64,000 nt of DNA from Vicugna vicugna (lineage: Eukaryota). The stretch is taken from assembly GCA_013265495.1 (NCBI GenBank), contig MU058337.1, positions 808,001 through 872,000 on the forward strand. The letters are read 5' to 3'. Shown here one piece after another: positions 63,396 through 64,000 of the stretch. The position numbers and the translations under genes are program-made. How positions within the stretch are numbered: the stretch's first letter is position 1; every line of letters starts with the position of its first letter. The notes under the pieces were generated by a model, which made no database searches, was not told the DNA's origin, and saw only the letters and a program-made list of their open reading frames with translations.

Positions 63396-64000
63396 CTGCG
63401 TGTCAGGCGCAGTCCGCTGTCCTGTTCGGTGTCACTCCGCCACGCTCCTTCTAGGCTCAGCTCCCCCACCCCTCCTCTAGGACCTCTTTCCAGCCAGTTT
63501 CACTGTTTGTTCCCAGCAGTTCTGTTTTGCGGTTACTTCATCCTGCTTCAGCTGCGCGGGTGTCTCTCTCCCCGGGCACGGTGGTTTGCCCTGTAGGCCC
63601 TGTAGCATATTTCAAATTAAGCACGTGCTTGTTGAATTAAAGTGCATTTTCATTTAGGATACTAAATTTTAGACTTAGCTTTATCTTTTTTCCCGTTCTT
63701 AACAGTCTTCAGATGGAGAATTTGTATTCCTGGAGCAGAGCTCTCAGCCAGTTTGTGACCAGCTCCTGTAAGGCCAGTCCGCAGAGGACGCTCGCCGCTG
63801 GATCTCCTTCCGAGATCCCTTCTCTGAACTAACAGCCTCAGCCCTTAACCCCAGGGAGGGCGCAAGGCAGGGGTTTCTGTTTTTAATGAAAACAAAAATT
63901 TTCTTTTTCTTCTCTTTTTCCCTTTCATCCCTTTTTTCCTTCTCATCTGAAGTTAACTGCTTTGGGGTATTATTTATGAACTTCTTGTCCCAAGCTGACA

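Noticed and set aside
1..64000. Prokaryotic or phage defence system, operon, or intact endogenous retrovirus
   Set aside because: There are no long ORFs or operon structure, and the LTRs are solitary with no internal retroviral genes. The window is ordinary repeat-rich mammalian non-coding DNA. A gene symbol for the CpG island could not be supported.

Overview
This is mammalian genomic DNA, most likely camelid. The evidence is a tRNA-Ala-derived vic-1-type SINE with an intact target-site duplication, plus cetartiodactyl-type L1 3' ends. It is non-coding as far as I can read: no ORF in the track is a recognisable host protein, and the only recognisable peptides are degenerate LINE-1 ORF2 fragments at about 8.7-9.9 kb. 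The main landmark is a CpG-island promoter at about 23.3-24.2 kb. Its minus-strand splice donors suggest a non-coding first exon of an unidentified gene running leftwards. The rest is intronic or intergenic, with L1, L2, MIR, hAT DNA transposon remnants and several solo LTRs (MLT2, MLT1, MER31-like, MER77-like and an ERV1-type LTR with a 4-bp TSD). The observations most worth a second look are: a 4x16-bp tandem repeat carrying NRF2/MAF ARE-like motifs about 3.6 kb from the island; patches where old repeats appear shifted from A/T to G/C with CpG gain (possible GC-biased gene conversion footprints); an L1 junction that creates a consensus splice donor; and a diverged 158-bp direct repeat. I found no prokaryotic-type system and no convincing novel biological system. 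Repeat subfamily names are from memory of consensus sequences and need RepeatMasker/Dfam confirmation.
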